DNA of 64,000 nt from the NCBI GenBank assembly GCA_018897195.1, contig JAHILH010000001.1, positions 28,565-92,564 on the forward strand, given 5' to 3'. Positions 37,793-46,986 of this stretch are shown piece after piece. Position numbers and translations under genes: made by a program. The DNA is from Patescibacteria group bacterium (GTDB lineage Bacteria > Patescibacteriota > Patescibacteriia > Patescibacteriales > UBA12075). The notes beneath the pieces are model-generated. The model searched no databases and was not told the DNA's origin. It saw only the letters and a program-made list of their open reading frames with translations. Within the stretch, counting starts at the first letter, position 1. Every line of letters begins with the position of its first letter.

Positions 37793-37807
37793 AGAACAAA
37801 AAAATCT

Positions 37808-38098
37808 ATGAACATAAAACCATTACATGATCACGTGGTTGTTAAACCAGTAGTTGAAAATGAAATGACGGCTTCTGGAATTGTCTTGCCCGGAACCATC
37901 GACAAGGAAAGACCGGAGCGAGGAGAGGTGATAGCAATCGGCGAAGGTAGGTTTTCGAAGACTGGTGAGCGCATTCCAATGTGTGTTAAGGTTGGCGATG
38001 TGGTTGTTTTTAAAAATTATCCCGTTACTGAGATTAAGATTGATGGACAGGATTTGCTTGTTGTTAAGGAGGAAGATATCATGGCGGTAATAAATTAA
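37808..38098 (+). CDS. groES: co-chaperonin GroES
   Basis: IKPLHDHVVVKP...TASGIVLP...GEVIAIGEG; upstream sigma-70 promoter and CIRCE. Confidence 0.95.
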   Translation: MNIKPLHDHVVVKPVVENEMTASGIVLPGTIDKERPERGEVIAIGEGRFSKTGERIPMCVKVGDVVVFKNYPVTEIKIDGQDLLVVKEEDIMAVIN

Positions 38099-38117
38099 TT
38101 AAAAGAGGATATACAAT

Positions 38118-38240
38118 CTCCCTCGCCCCGGCGGGAGAGGGTCGGGGTGAGGGGTTGTCGGAAGAGTGTTGTGCTTAAAAAGAATATTTTGTGCACGGAA
38201 AACCACCTCACCCTAACCCTCTCCTGGCCAGGCGAGGGAA
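38118..38240. mobile_element. family A repeat, full copy (A9), between groES and groEL
   Basis: CTCCCTCGCCCCGGCGGGAGAGGGTCGGGGTGAGGGGTTGTCGGAAGAG ... CACGGAAAACCACCTCACCCTAACCCTCTCCTGGCCAGGCGAGGGAA. Confidence 0.9.
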
Positions 38241-38276
38241 TAATAAATGAATATTAAATAATTAAAATATAAATAT

Positions 38277-39923
38277 ATGAGCAAACAAATAATCTATAAC
38301 GATGAAGCGCGCGCAGCTTTGAAGCGTGGCGTTGATAAATTGGCTAATGCGGTCAAGGTGACTATGGGTCCGAAGGGACGGAATGTGGTGATTGATAAGG
38401 GCTTTGGTGGTCCGACGATTACCAAGGATGGCGTGTCGGTGGCTCGTGAAATTACTTTGGAAGATAAATTTGAAAATCTAGGTGCGGAAATGATCAAGGA
38501 AGTCGCGTCAAAGACTAATGACATTGCTGGTGATGGTACTACAACGGCAACTGTTTTGGCGCAAGCGATGATTACGGAGGGAATTAAATTGGTAACGGCG
38601 GGCGTGGATCCGATTGAGCTTCGCACTGAGATGGAAAAGAAAGTGAAGTCAATTGTGGCGGAATTAAAGAAGATGAGTAAGTTGATTACGACTAAGGATG
38701 AGATTGCGCAAGTGGCTTCGATTTCTGCAAATGACAAAGAGATTGGTAATATTATTGCTGAGGCAATGGAATCAGTGGGCAAGGACGGCGTGATTACGAT
38801 TGAAGAGGGTCAATCTTTTGGCGTTGAAAAAGTGGTTGTGGAAGGTATGCAATTCGATAAGGGTTATGTGTCGCCATATATGGTGACCAATCCTGAGACA
38901 ATGAAGGCGGAGTATGCGAATGCGTATTTGCTTTTGACTGATAAGAAAATTTCGACAATTGGTGAGATTTTACCGTTGTTAGAAAAAATGGCGCAGAGCG
39001 GTCGCAAAGAGTTGGTGATTATCGCCGACGCTATCGAAGGTGAAGCGTTGTCAACTTTGGTGGTGAATAAATTGCGTGGCTCATTTAACGTCTTGGGCAT
39101 TAAAGCTCCTGGCTTCGGTGATCGTCGCAAGGCGATGTTAGGGGACTTGGCAGTCTTGACTGGTGGTAAAATGATTTCCGAAGAGGTTGGTTTGAAATTA
39201 GAAGATGTTGAAATTGCCGATTTAGGCCAGGCAGATAAAGTGATTTCAGGCAAAGATAATACGACAATTATTGGAGGACGTGGTGATGAAAAAGAAATTA
39301 AAAATCGTGCTGATCACATAAGGAGAGAACTTGCCAATTCGAATAAAGAGTATGACATTGAAGGTTTACAAGAGCGCTTGGCAAAAATTGCCGGCGGTGT
39401 GGCGATCATCAAGGTGGGCGCAGCAACAGAGAGTGAAATGAAAGAAAAGAAAGACCGTATTGAAGATGCCTTGAACGCGACGCGTGCAGCCGTAGCTGAA
39501 GGCGTGGTGCCAGGCGGCGGACTTGCGCTTGCGCTTGCGGGAAATGCCTTCGAAGAAATTGCTGAAAAGAAAAATATCAATCCAGGTGCGCGCATCATCG
39601 ACCAAGCAATCTTGGAGCCGATCAAACAAATCGCACAAAACGCTGGCAAGGATGGTTCATTGATTCTTTATAACATCATTCGTGAGAATATGAGTGGCAA
39701 CAAAAATATCGGTTACAACGCTGCCGAAGATCGTTTTGAAGATTTGATCAAAGCTGGCATCATTGACCCGACCAAGGTTGTGCGTTCAGCTCTTGAACAC
39801 GCGTCATCAGCAGCAATTATGTTTTTGACGACCGAGGCAGTGATTGTTGATAATCCGGAACCGAAAGATAATGGCGCTGCCGGAATGGGTGGCGGTATGC
39901 CTGGAATGGGGGGAATGTACTAG
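38277..39923 (+). CDS. groEL: chaperonin GroEL
   Basis: [25 protein letters not shown]-like [12 protein letters not shown]-terminal [10 protein letters not shown]. Confidence 0.97.
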   Translation: MSKQIIYNDEARAALKRGVDKLANAVKVTMGPKGRNVVIDKGFGGPTITKDGVSVAREITLEDKFENLGAEMIKEVASKTNDIAGDGTTTATVLAQAMITEGIKLVTAGVDPIELRTEMEKKVKSIVAELKKMSKLITTKDEIAQVASISANDKEIGNIIAEAMESVGKDGVITIEEGQSFGVEKVVVEGMQFDKGYVSPYMVTNPETMKAEYANAYLLLTDKKISTIGEILPLLEKMAQSGRKELVIIADAIEGEALSTLVVNKLRGSFNVLGIKAPGFGDRRKAMLGDLAVLTGGKMISEEVGLKLEDVEIADLGQADKVISGKDNTTIIGGRGDEKEIKNRADHIRRELANSNKEYDIEGLQERLAKIAGGVAIIKVGAATESEMKEKKDRIEDALNATRAAVAEGVVPGGGLALALAGNAFEEIAEKKNINPGARIIDQAILEPIKQIAQNAGKDGSLILYNIIRENMSGNKNIGYNAAEDRFEDLIKAGIIDPTKVVRSALEHASSAAIMFLTTEAVIVDNPEPKDNGAAGMGGGMPGMGGMY

Positions 39924-39945
39924 GGTGATAATTTTGTCCCGAGTA

Positions 39946-39970
39946 CTCGGGATTGAATTTTGAATTAAGG
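39946..39970 (+). terminator. hairpin after groEL
   Basis: GTCCCGAGTACTCGGGAT then TGAATTTT; same core as terminator at 20402. Confidence 0.55.
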
Positions 39971-40055
39971 ATGATTGAAAAAATATATAAAAGACGGGAA
40001 GTTTTAAGACTTTCTGTCTTTTTTTGGCTAATTATGTGATAATTTAGACCTGGCA

Positions 40056-40084
40056 TTGACAAATGTATGAATATGTGCTATGTT
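40056..40084 (+). promoter_or_regulatory. promoter for orphan two-gene cassette
   Basis: TTGACA-17 nt-TATGTT. Confidence 0.55.
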
Positions 40085-40163
40085 GATACAATTGTTCTTT
40101 TTATTATTTATAGTGCAAACAACGGTTTTTATCGCCAAAAAATATCAACTCACGAGAGGAGAC

Positions 40164-40841
40164 ATGGTTATGGCTAGCATGGCAAAGTGTATTGCTGCTA
40201 ATTGTCGGAGAAATTTCAGTAAGGCAAATCGTCAACTCGGCAAACGAGTGATCGTTGATGGAGTTTCGGAGATGTTGACCGGTGACACCGAGGTCTATGC
40301 CGATGTTCACGATGTTTTTGCTTCACGTCGTTACGATGAGGCGCGAGGTGAGCACGTTGTTGGCTATAAGCACGGCAACATGATCGGCGACGGTGTAATT
40401 GACGATTTTGACAATCATGGATACTTGAATGATGACATGATGATGAGAGATTACGACGACTGGTATAATGAAATCATGAAACAGTCGTTTCTTCCTGAGA
40501 ATAAATGGAAGGGTGAAGCGCCGTATGATCCCAACGATCACGGCGTGGGCCTTATTCGCTGGATGATGGAAAGTGTCAAGCCGGCTGATGTGCACTTGAA
40601 AGATCTTAAATGGGTCGCCGAGAAGTATACGATTTTATCTGCTGCATTAGCGGGTGGATTATTGCCAGATGTGAGCTGTAATGATGATACGGCACAGCTC
40701 TATTCCAGATGCACAATGGCTATCGAGGATGTGCTTCAGAAGCACGGTGTGGAGTACGAACCATTTGGCGGATTGACTGACCGGGGCTGGGAAACATTTC
40801 GTGAGCATCAGAGTGCTGTTGGCGAGTCTATGTCCGCCTAA
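40164..40841 (+). CDS. cytoplasmic protein of unknown function (Asp/Met-rich)
   Basis: Start at ATG 40164 preceded by GAGAGGAG; TTGACA-17-TATGTT promoter at 40056; own terminator; no motif I recognise. Confidence 0.55.
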   Translation: MVMASMAKCIAANCRRNFSKANRQLGKRVIVDGVSEMLTGDTEVYADVHDVFASRRYDEARGEHVVGYKHGNMIGDGVIDDFDNHGYLNDDMMMRDYDDWYNEIMKQSFLPENKWKGEAPYDPNDHGVGLIRWMMESVKPADVHLKDLKWVAEKYTILSAALAGGLLPDVSCNDDTAQLYSRCTMAIEDVLQKHGVEYEPFGGLTDRGWETFREHQSAVGESMSA

Positions 40842-40859
40842 AAAGTCGAGTACCAGTTT

Positions 40860-40896
40860 GGCTGCACGGTTTACAAAACGTGCAGCCATTTTTTTA
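40860..40896 (+). terminator. rho-independent terminator
   Basis: GGCTGCACG/CGTGCAGCC stem then ATTTTTTT. Confidence 0.8.
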
Positions 40897-40943
40897 TCAT
40901 TTGCCTAATTGGCAATGTTAATCATTTTAAAGAGGATGATGCG

Positions 40944-41285
40944 ATGAAAAAAATGTGCGCGGTACTACTTGTTGCGTTGTTGTCTGCCTTTTCGTCCGGT
41001 GTTGCAAGTGCCAATACGGTCTTCGAAGTTAAGAAAGTCGTCTTTGATAAAAAGACAGGGGCGTTTGATTTGTGGGTGAATCGCGATGGCGTAAGTTTTT
41101 ATCGCCTTTCCCCCGGCTTCAAATTGGTAATCTTGAAAAAGAATTATGCCAAAAACAAGTCCCTGGTGACGATTGATTTCGGTTGTAAGACCAAGCCATT
41201 GGACGGAAACGCATTTATCTTGTCGGCGCCCGACTTGAAGCGCATTGACATGAGGATGTTGGTGGTTAACGAGGAAAAGCGATAG
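40944..41285 (+). CDS. small secreted protein, unknown function
   Basis: Signal peptide MKKMCAVLLVALLSAFSSGVASA; AGAGGA upstream; terminator follows. Confidence 0.55.
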   Translation: MKKMCAVLLVALLSAFSSGVASANTVFEVKKVVFDKKTGAFDLWVNRDGVSFYRLSPGFKLVILKKNYAKNKSLVTIDFGCKTKPLDGNAFILSAPDLKRIDMRMLVVNEEKR

Positions 41286-41309
41286 TTAGTCCTGGTTGAA
41301 AATTATTAT

Positions 41310-41346
41310 GAGTCATTGACAATTTTGTTGATGACTCTTTTTTTTG
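41310..41346 (+). terminator. rho-independent terminator
   Basis: GAGTCAT/ATGACTC stem then TTTTTTTTT. Confidence 0.7.
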
Positions 41347-41383
41347 TGATATTGACATATTTCTAGCCTAAAAAAAATAAAAA

Positions 41384-41392
41384 TGTTATAAT
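41384..41392 (+). promoter_or_regulatory. extended -10 element very close to GT2 start codon (possible near-leaderless transcript)
   Basis: TGtTATAAT ending 9 nt before ATG 41402. Confidence 0.4.
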
Positions 41393-41401
41393 ATTTAAAC
41401 T

Positions 41402-42466
41402 ATGGAAAATAAAAAAGTAGCGATTATTTTAATAAATTATAAGGAATATGCCAAGCGGTTTTTGGTGGATTGTATTGCCGGAGTGCGAGCGCAGGACTAT
41501 TCTGGCGAAATTAAGACCTTTATCGTAGACAATGAGACGAGTGCGGAGAGCTTCGGTTATTTGGCGCAGACTGTCCCGGAGGCGGAGTTGATTCTGAATA
41601 AAAATAATGATGGTTTTTCTAAGGGGAATAATGATGCGATAAAGATTGCCTTGGCGCAGGGCTTTGATTTTATATTTTGCTTGAATATGGATACGATTGC
41701 GGATAAATCAGTTATCAGCACGATTGTAAATATTTTTGAGAATGATAAAAAGGCCGGGGCGGTGCAAGCGCGTTTGATGTTGCATCCGGAAACGAATAAG
41801 ATCAATAGTCTTGGCAACGCAACGCACTTTTTGGGTTTTGGTTATTCGGTTGGTTATAATGACAATGTCAAAACTGCAAAGGTTGGTGAAATAAAAACAG
41901 CGCCAATTTGCTATCCTTCAGGGGCGGCAGTAATGTTTAGTCGTGAAGTCTTGAATACGATTGGTTTTTATGATGAGGAATTTTGGATGTATAATGAGGA
42001 TCAGGATTTGGGCTGGCGTGTCTGGTTGGCGGGCTATTCCTGTTTGTTGGCAAATGAGGCGGTTGTGTATCATAAATATGAATTCAGCCGTTCGATTGCT
42101 AAATATTATTGGATGGACCGCAATCGCATTGTGGCGATTTTAAAAAACTATCATATCTTAACCTTAATTCTAATTTTCCCAGCCTTTTTGGTGATGGAAA
42201 TTGGCTTGATTTTATTTTCCTTGAAGTCTGGTTGGTGGAAAGAGAAAAGAAAAGTCTGGAAGTATTTTTTGACACCGCGAACGTGGGTTTATTTGTATAA
42301 AGCGAGACGCGAGTCACAAAAAATACGCCAAGTTAGGGATGCTGATATTATTGGGATATTTACGGGGCGGATTTGGTATCAAGAAATCGATGATTGGAAA
42401 TTGCGAATTATGAATCCGGTATTTGATTTTTATTGGAAGGTGGTTAAATTTATTATTTTTTGGTAG
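41402..42466 (+). CDS. family 2 glycosyltransferase with C-terminal TM segments
   Basis: VAIILINYKEY...VDNETS...NDGFSKGNN...NMDT...MYNEDQDLGWR (GT-A DxD/ED motifs). Confidence 0.8.
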   Translation: MENKKVAIILINYKEYAKRFLVDCIAGVRAQDYSGEIKTFIVDNETSAESFGYLAQTVPEAELILNKNNDGFSKGNNDAIKIALAQGFDFIFCLNMDTIADKSVISTIVNIFENDKKAGAVQARLMLHPETNKINSLGNATHFLGFGYSVGYNDNVKTAKVGEIKTAPICYPSGAAVMFSREVLNTIGFYDEEFWMYNEDQDLGWRVWLAGYSCLLANEAVVYHKYEFSRSIAKYYWMDRNRIVAILKNYHILTLILIFPAFLVMEIGLILFSLKSGWWKEKRKVWKYFLTPRTWVYLYKARRESQKIRQVRDADIIGIFTGRIWYQEIDDWKLRIMNPVFDFYWKVVKFIIFW

Positions 42467-42480
42467 AGAGAGGTGTTATT

Positions 42481-42533
42481 CTCCCTCGCCCGAAAACTAC
42501 CTCACCCTAACCCTCTCCTGGCTAGGAGAGGGA
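42481..42533. mobile_element. family A repeat, short internally deleted form (A10), between two GT2 genes
   Basis: CTCCCTCGCCCGAAAACTACCTCACCCTAACCCTCTCCTGGCTAGGAGAGGGAA. Confidence 0.85.
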
Positions 42534-42547
42534 ATAAATTATTGTAT

Positions 42548-43345
42548 ATGACAAATATAAGTATCGTAATATTAAACTACAAACAAAAAGGTTTTGTGAT
42601 GAGTTGTTTGAAGTCAATTAGTGAGGCTGATTGGAGTGGATTGACTCACGAGGTGATTGTGACTGATAATAACTCCGACGATGCCTTGGGGGAGATTTTG
42701 GCGTGGCAGAATCCAGAGGTCAAATTTATCCAGAATGGCGCTAATTTGGGTATGGGAGCAGGTAATAATGCTGGTATTAAACAAGCAGTGGGTGATTATG
42801 TAGTGATAATGAATCCAGACACCTTGGCACAGTATGATACTTTTCAAAAACTTTATGCCTATATGGAGGCAAATAAAGAGGTTGGAGTGGTGGGACCAAT
42901 GCAGTTGAATCCAGATCAATCGATTCAGGACTCTTGTTATCGTTGGCATTCTTTTTTGACTCCGCTTTATCGGCGCACACCTTTGGGCAAATTACCTTGG
43001 GCGCAAAAGGATGTTGATAATTTTTTGATGAAAGATTTTAATCATCAGACGATTCGAGAGGTTGATTGGTTGTTGGGATCATTTTTATTTTGTCGCAAGA
43101 GCGCCTTGGATGAGATTGGTTATTTTGATGATTTGTTTTTTCTGTATTTTGAAGATACGGATTTGTGTCGGCGCTTCTGGCAAAAAGACTATAAGGTTGT
43201 TTATAATCCGGAGGTAAAAATAATTCATAATCATGCGCGCCAAAGCGCGCAGACGGCTTGGTATAAGTTTTTTACAAACAGAACCACGCGTTGGCATATT
43301 GCTTCGTGGTTGAAATACACTTGGAAGTGGGGATTTAAAAATTAA
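42548..43345 (+). CDS. family 2 glycosyltransferase
   Basis: Start at ATG 42548 (track N-terminal extension is translation of repeat A10); ISIVILNYKQKG...VTDNNSDD...NLGMGAGNN...MNPD...YFEDTDLCRR. Confidence 0.8.
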   Translation: MTNISIVILNYKQKGFVMSCLKSISEADWSGLTHEVIVTDNNSDDALGEILAWQNPEVKFIQNGANLGMGAGNNAGIKQAVGDYVVIMNPDTLAQYDTFQKLYAYMEANKEVGVVGPMQLNPDQSIQDSCYRWHSFLTPLYRRTPLGKLPWAQKDVDNFLMKDFNHQTIREVDWLLGSFLFCRKSALDEIGYFDDLFFLYFEDTDLCRRFWQKDYKVVYNPEVKIIHNHARQSAQTAWYKFFTNRTTRWHIASWLKYTWKWGFKN

Positions 43346-43357
43346 TTATATTCCTAC

Positions 43358-43526
43358 GTCATTCCCGCGAAGGCGGGAATCCAGGCGCTACAGACCTTGA
43401 GTACATAATTATAGAGACTAATCTTAATATAAATATTGATAATAAATAATACTTCGTAAATTTTAATTCTCCTTATCCTGAAAACAATCTGCGAGGTACC
43501 TGGATCCCCGCCTTCGCGGGGATGAC
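43358..43526. mobile_element. family C repeat (C3) between GT2 and galU
   Basis: GTCATTCCCGCGAAGGCGGGAATCCAGGCGCTACAG ... CCTGGATCCCCGCCTTCGCGGGGATGAC. Confidence 0.9.
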
Positions 43527-43539
43527 GGATGAAAAATAT

Positions 43540-44418
43540 ATGATGAAAATAAAAAAAGCAATTTTCCCGGTAGCGGGATTCGGAACCAGATTTTTGCCAG
43601 CCACAAAGGCGCAACCAAAAGAGATGTTGTCGGTAGTTGATAAGCCGGTAATTCAATATTTAGTCGAGCAAGTGGTGGCGGCAGGTATCGAAGAGATAAT
43701 CTTTGTCACTGGTCGTGGCAAACGTTCGATTGAGGATCACTTTGATCATTCTTTCGAATTGGAACATACTTTGGTGGAGAAAAATAAACATGATTTATTG
43801 CAAAAAGTGCGCGAGATTAGTGACATGGCGAAGTTTTCTTATGTGCGTCAACCGATGCCCCTTGGCGATGGTCATGCTTTGAGTTGTGCGGCGCACTTGG
43901 TGAATAATGAACCAGTCTTAGTAATGTTTGGTGACACCTTGTATGACTATGATCTAAAATCACCAGCCCAGCAGGTTATCGAGACTTATGAAAAATACGG
44001 TGGCTCCGTGGTTGGTCTTTCTGAGGTAGAGAATGCGAAGATAGGGAAGTTTGGCGTGATTGATGGAGTTGATGTTGGTGACGATGTTTATGAGATTAAG
44101 AAATTTGTGGAAAAACCAAAACCAGAAGAAGCACCTTCGAATTTAGCTGCAGTGGGAATCTATGTGATCACACCAGAGGTGTTTGATGTTTTGGGCACAA
44201 TGCAAGCCGGCAAATCAGGCGAGATTCGCTTGGCCGATGCTTTTGATATTATGTTGGAAAACAAACAACCGTTGTACGGAAAAAAATTGGAGGGTGAGTG
44301 GTTGGATACAGGTGATAAGTTTAATTTTATTAAGGCAACGATTACCTTGGGCATGAAGAATGAGGAGATTGGAGCGGATTTGCGGGAGTATATCAAGAAG
44401 GTTGGGGAAAGTTTATAG
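43540..44418 (+). CDS. galU: UTP--glucose-1-phosphate uridylyltransferase
   Basis: KAIFPVAGFGTRFLPATKAQPKEMLSVVDKPVIQY; track start 43522 lies in repeat C3, ATG 43540/43543 preferred. Confidence 0.9.
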   Translation: MMKIKKAIFPVAGFGTRFLPATKAQPKEMLSVVDKPVIQYLVEQVVAAGIEEIIFVTGRGKRSIEDHFDHSFELEHTLVEKNKHDLLQKVREISDMAKFSYVRQPMPLGDGHALSCAAHLVNNEPVLVMFGDTLYDYDLKSPAQQVIETYEKYGGSVVGLSEVENAKIGKFGVIDGVDVGDDVYEIKKFVEKPKPEEAPSNLAAVGIYVITPEVFDVLGTMQAGKSGEIRLADAFDIMLENKQPLYGKKLEGEWLDTGDKFNFIKATITLGMKNEEIGADLREYIKKVGESL

Positions 44419-44566
44419 GATTGACTTTTTGTATAATTTAATGTAGGTTTTATGTAATTAACTAAATATGAGTAATATCATGTTTAGTTAATTTTTTTAT
44501 TGTTCATTTATAATTTTTTATATTTTACAGAAAATAAACCAATAATTTTCCGAGGAGGAGAAAGCC

Positions 44567-45346
44567 ATGGTAAAAAAGAGATTGAGAATTGGTGTTTTGA
44601 TTTCCGGTGGAGGTTCAAATTTGCAGGCAATAATTGACGCTTGTGAGAGTGGCCAAATTGACGGTGAAGTCGTTTTTGTTGGTTCTGATAAGCCAGATGT
44701 TTATGGTCTTGAAAGGGCGACAAAACACGGCATTCCGTCTTTCGTGGTTGATTATCGTGAATTTAAGAATGAACGACCCAGTACTTTGTTTGGGTACTCT
44801 GTTCTGAATGACACCATTTCTAAAAGTTGTGGGATAATCCCGTCGTCTAGAATATCCAATAGTGAGCGTCAATCATGGATGTTAAATAGAATTATGGCAG
44901 AAGAGGTGTTGTTAGACAATATTAAGAAGTATGAATTTGATCTTTTGGTTTTGGCTGGATACATGCGGAACATGTCGTCATTTATCATTGACGAGATAAA
45001 CAAGGATTCAGAAAAACCGCGAATTATGAATATTCATCCAGCTCTTTTGCCAGCATTTCCCGGCACAGACGGCTATGGCGATACTTTTCGTTATGGCTGT
45101 AAAGTCGGTGGGTGCACGGTTCATTTCGTCGATTATGGCGAAGACACCGGTCCGATAATCGGTCAACAGACAGTGAGCATTCATCCTGGTGACACTCTTG
45201 AAATGTTTAAGGAAAGAGGTCTTAAGGCAGAGTGGGCGCTTTATCGGAAATGTGTACAGTTGTATGCAGAGAACAGACTGAAAGTAGTTGATATTGGCAC
45301 AAGAAAAGTAGTTCAAATACTGCCCTGGAAAAAAAATATTGACTAA
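44567..45346 (+). CDS. PurN-like formyltransferase (phosphoribosylglycinamide formyltransferase family) with internal insertion
   Basis: RIGVLISGGGSNLQAIID...LLVLAGYMR...NIHPALLPAFPG...GCTVHFVD core; ~45 extra residues between first strand block and LAGYM. Confidence 0.7.
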   Translation: MVKKRLRIGVLISGGGSNLQAIIDACESGQIDGEVVFVGSDKPDVYGLERATKHGIPSFVVDYREFKNERPSTLFGYSVLNDTISKSCGIIPSSRISNSERQSWMLNRIMAEEVLLDNIKKYEFDLLVLAGYMRNMSSFIIDEINKDSEKPRIMNIHPALLPAFPGTDGYGDTFRYGCKVGGCTVHFVDYGEDTGPIIGQQTVSIHPGDTLEMFKERGLKAEWALYRKCVQLYAENRLKVVDIGTRKVVQILPWKKNID

Positions 45347-45351
45347 GGTAA

Positions 45352-45390
45352 AAATAAAGCCTCGGCGTAAAACCGAGGCTTTTCTTTTTG
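45352..45390. terminator. bidirectional terminator between convergent genes
   Basis: AAAGCCTCGG/CCGAGGCTTT stem with A-run and T-run flanks. Confidence 0.8.
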
Positions 45391-45406
45391 GGAAGCTGAT
45401 TGGTAT

Positions 45407-46753
45407 TTAGTTGATTGACAATTTGTAAACGCCTTTTTCGTCATTAAGGTCGGCGTAGAAAAATAGTGTATCACCAGTTTTGTTCAAGGCTGGATTTTTT
45501 ATTTGGTTTGCCTCAAGGAGTTTGGTGATGTTGTATTTCTCGCGATCGTCGAGTTCGATAACGTTGATATTGTTGTTGGTGGAGAATAAGATGTGTCCAT
45601 TGGTTGGCAACCAAGCGATGTCGGTAATCTTCTTGCTTATTCTGGTAATTAATTTTTTTCGGGATGAATCGAGGTCATACATCCATATTTCAAAGTCGTT
45701 GGCGTAGATTAGCTGTGTGTCGCTAATCCACTGATTTTTTGGGGAGATATTGCTTAACGAATCTTTTAGTTGTTTAATTGAAGAATTGACGTCAATAAGA
45801 TAGAGGATGTTGTATTTATTATCCAGTATGTTTAGTAATTTTTGCTCTCGGTTAATGAAGGAATAGTTTGAAAGTGGTAGGTTTATCTTGCCAGTGATTT
45901 TATTTTTTTGAGTGTCAAAAATATTAAGGATGGTTGATTCTTTTTCATTGATTAAGAAGTAGATAGTATCCTTTTGGGCGAAATAGTTACTAATAGCTGC
46001 GCTGCTGATGATTTTGGTGGTGGTTTTATCATCGGTTTGATATCTATTTAGGCCTGCGCTATTAATGTAATAAACATAGCGGTCAGAATAATTATCCCAT
46101 TGAAAATTTTTAGCTTGTTTGTCGGTTTTGGTTCTTAGGTCGCTGATTTGATTATTTTCATCAATTAAAAAATTGTCCAAAAGTGCCTTATTCGAACTTG
46201 GGGACCAAATCACATTTTTATTCTCTGGCAATGTTGATGTAGCGATATCAATCTTCTTTATTTCATTGGTTATTGGATTTATCAAGGTAGCTTCTTTTTT
46301 ATTCCAAGCCAGGATATTGCTTTTGTTATTATTGATGGAAATGTTTTGTTCACCGCTCAATAATGATACTGGTGCATCTTTTTTAAAGAGCTTCACGTCT
46401 TCGGCAAAGGTGGATTGACCTGGCCAAATGGCAAGTTTCTTTTCCCAAGGCCAGTAACCGTCGAGTTCTAACTTAATATTATATTCGCCGGGAATTAGAT
46501 TTTTTATTTTTTGTGGTGTAGTTTTGTAGTCATCTTTTTTGTAAAGCTTCTTTATGAAATCTTGCTGTAATTCGCCGTTCAAATAAATCTTGGCATATTT
46601 TGGTTCGGAGGCGATGACCAAGATGCCTGTTTTTTGTAGCTTAAAACCATTACTAAATGAATAGCCCATGGCATACATGAATAATAGGGGTGTGATGATA
46701 AAAAATATTATCAAGAATGTGGTGTAAAATAAACGACGGCGTAAAGATATCAT
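45407..46753 (-). CDS. membrane-anchored PEGA-domain protein with beta-propeller-like C-terminal region
   Basis: N-terminal TM; PEGA-like ILVIASEPKYAKIYLNGE...IPGEYNIKLELDGYWPWEKKL. Confidence 0.65.
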   Translation of the reverse strand: MISLRRRLFYTTFLIIFFIITPLLFMYAMGYSFSNGFKLQKTGILVIASEPKYAKIYLNGELQQDFIKKLYKKDDYKTTPQKIKNLIPGEYNIKLELDGYWPWEKKLAIWPGQSTFAEDVKLFKKDAPVSLLSGEQNISINNNKSNILAWNKKEATLINPITNEIKKIDIATSTLPENKNVIWSPSSNKALLDNFLIDENNQISDLRTKTDKQAKNFQWDNYSDRYVYYINSAGLNRYQTDDKTTTKIISSAAISNYFAQKDTIYFLINEKESTILNIFDTQKNKITGKINLPLSNYSFINREQKLLNILDNKYNILYLIDVNSSIKQLKDSLSNISPKNQWISDTQLIYANDFEIWMYDLDSSRKKLITRISKKITDIAWLPTNGHILFSTNNNINVIELDDREKYNITKLLEANQIKNPALNKTGDTLFFYADLNDEKGVYKLSIN

Positions 46754-46767
46754 ATTGATTTATTTCC

Positions 46768-46979
46768 GTCATCCTCGGGCTTGTGTCATGGAGCATAAAC
46801 TCCTGACTATACAAAAAGTCTTTGACTTTTATAACCCGGGGATCCAGGAGTTAATAAAATTAAAGGTAAAAAATTATTTCGAAAGAGTGTGAGTTAAATT
46901 CAAAATATAATTATAAATAAGTCTCTATATCTAAATTCATTATTCGTGGCACCTGGATTCCCGCTTTCGCGGGAATGAC
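46768..46979. mobile_element. family C repeat (C4) with ~55-bp insertion in left hairpin loop, between murA and PEGA gene
   Basis: GTCATCCTCGGG[insert]CCCGGGGATCCAGG ... CCTGGATTCCCGCTTTCGCGGGAATGAC. Confidence 0.8.
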
Positions 46980-46986
46980 GAGGTAT

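Noticed and set aside
40164-41285. Apparent GC-rich island suggesting horizontal transfer of the orphan cassette.
   Set aside because: Hand counts of 100-nt samples gave about 51 percent GC here and about 48 percent in the adjacent GT2 gene. The difference is too small to claim a compositional anomaly.
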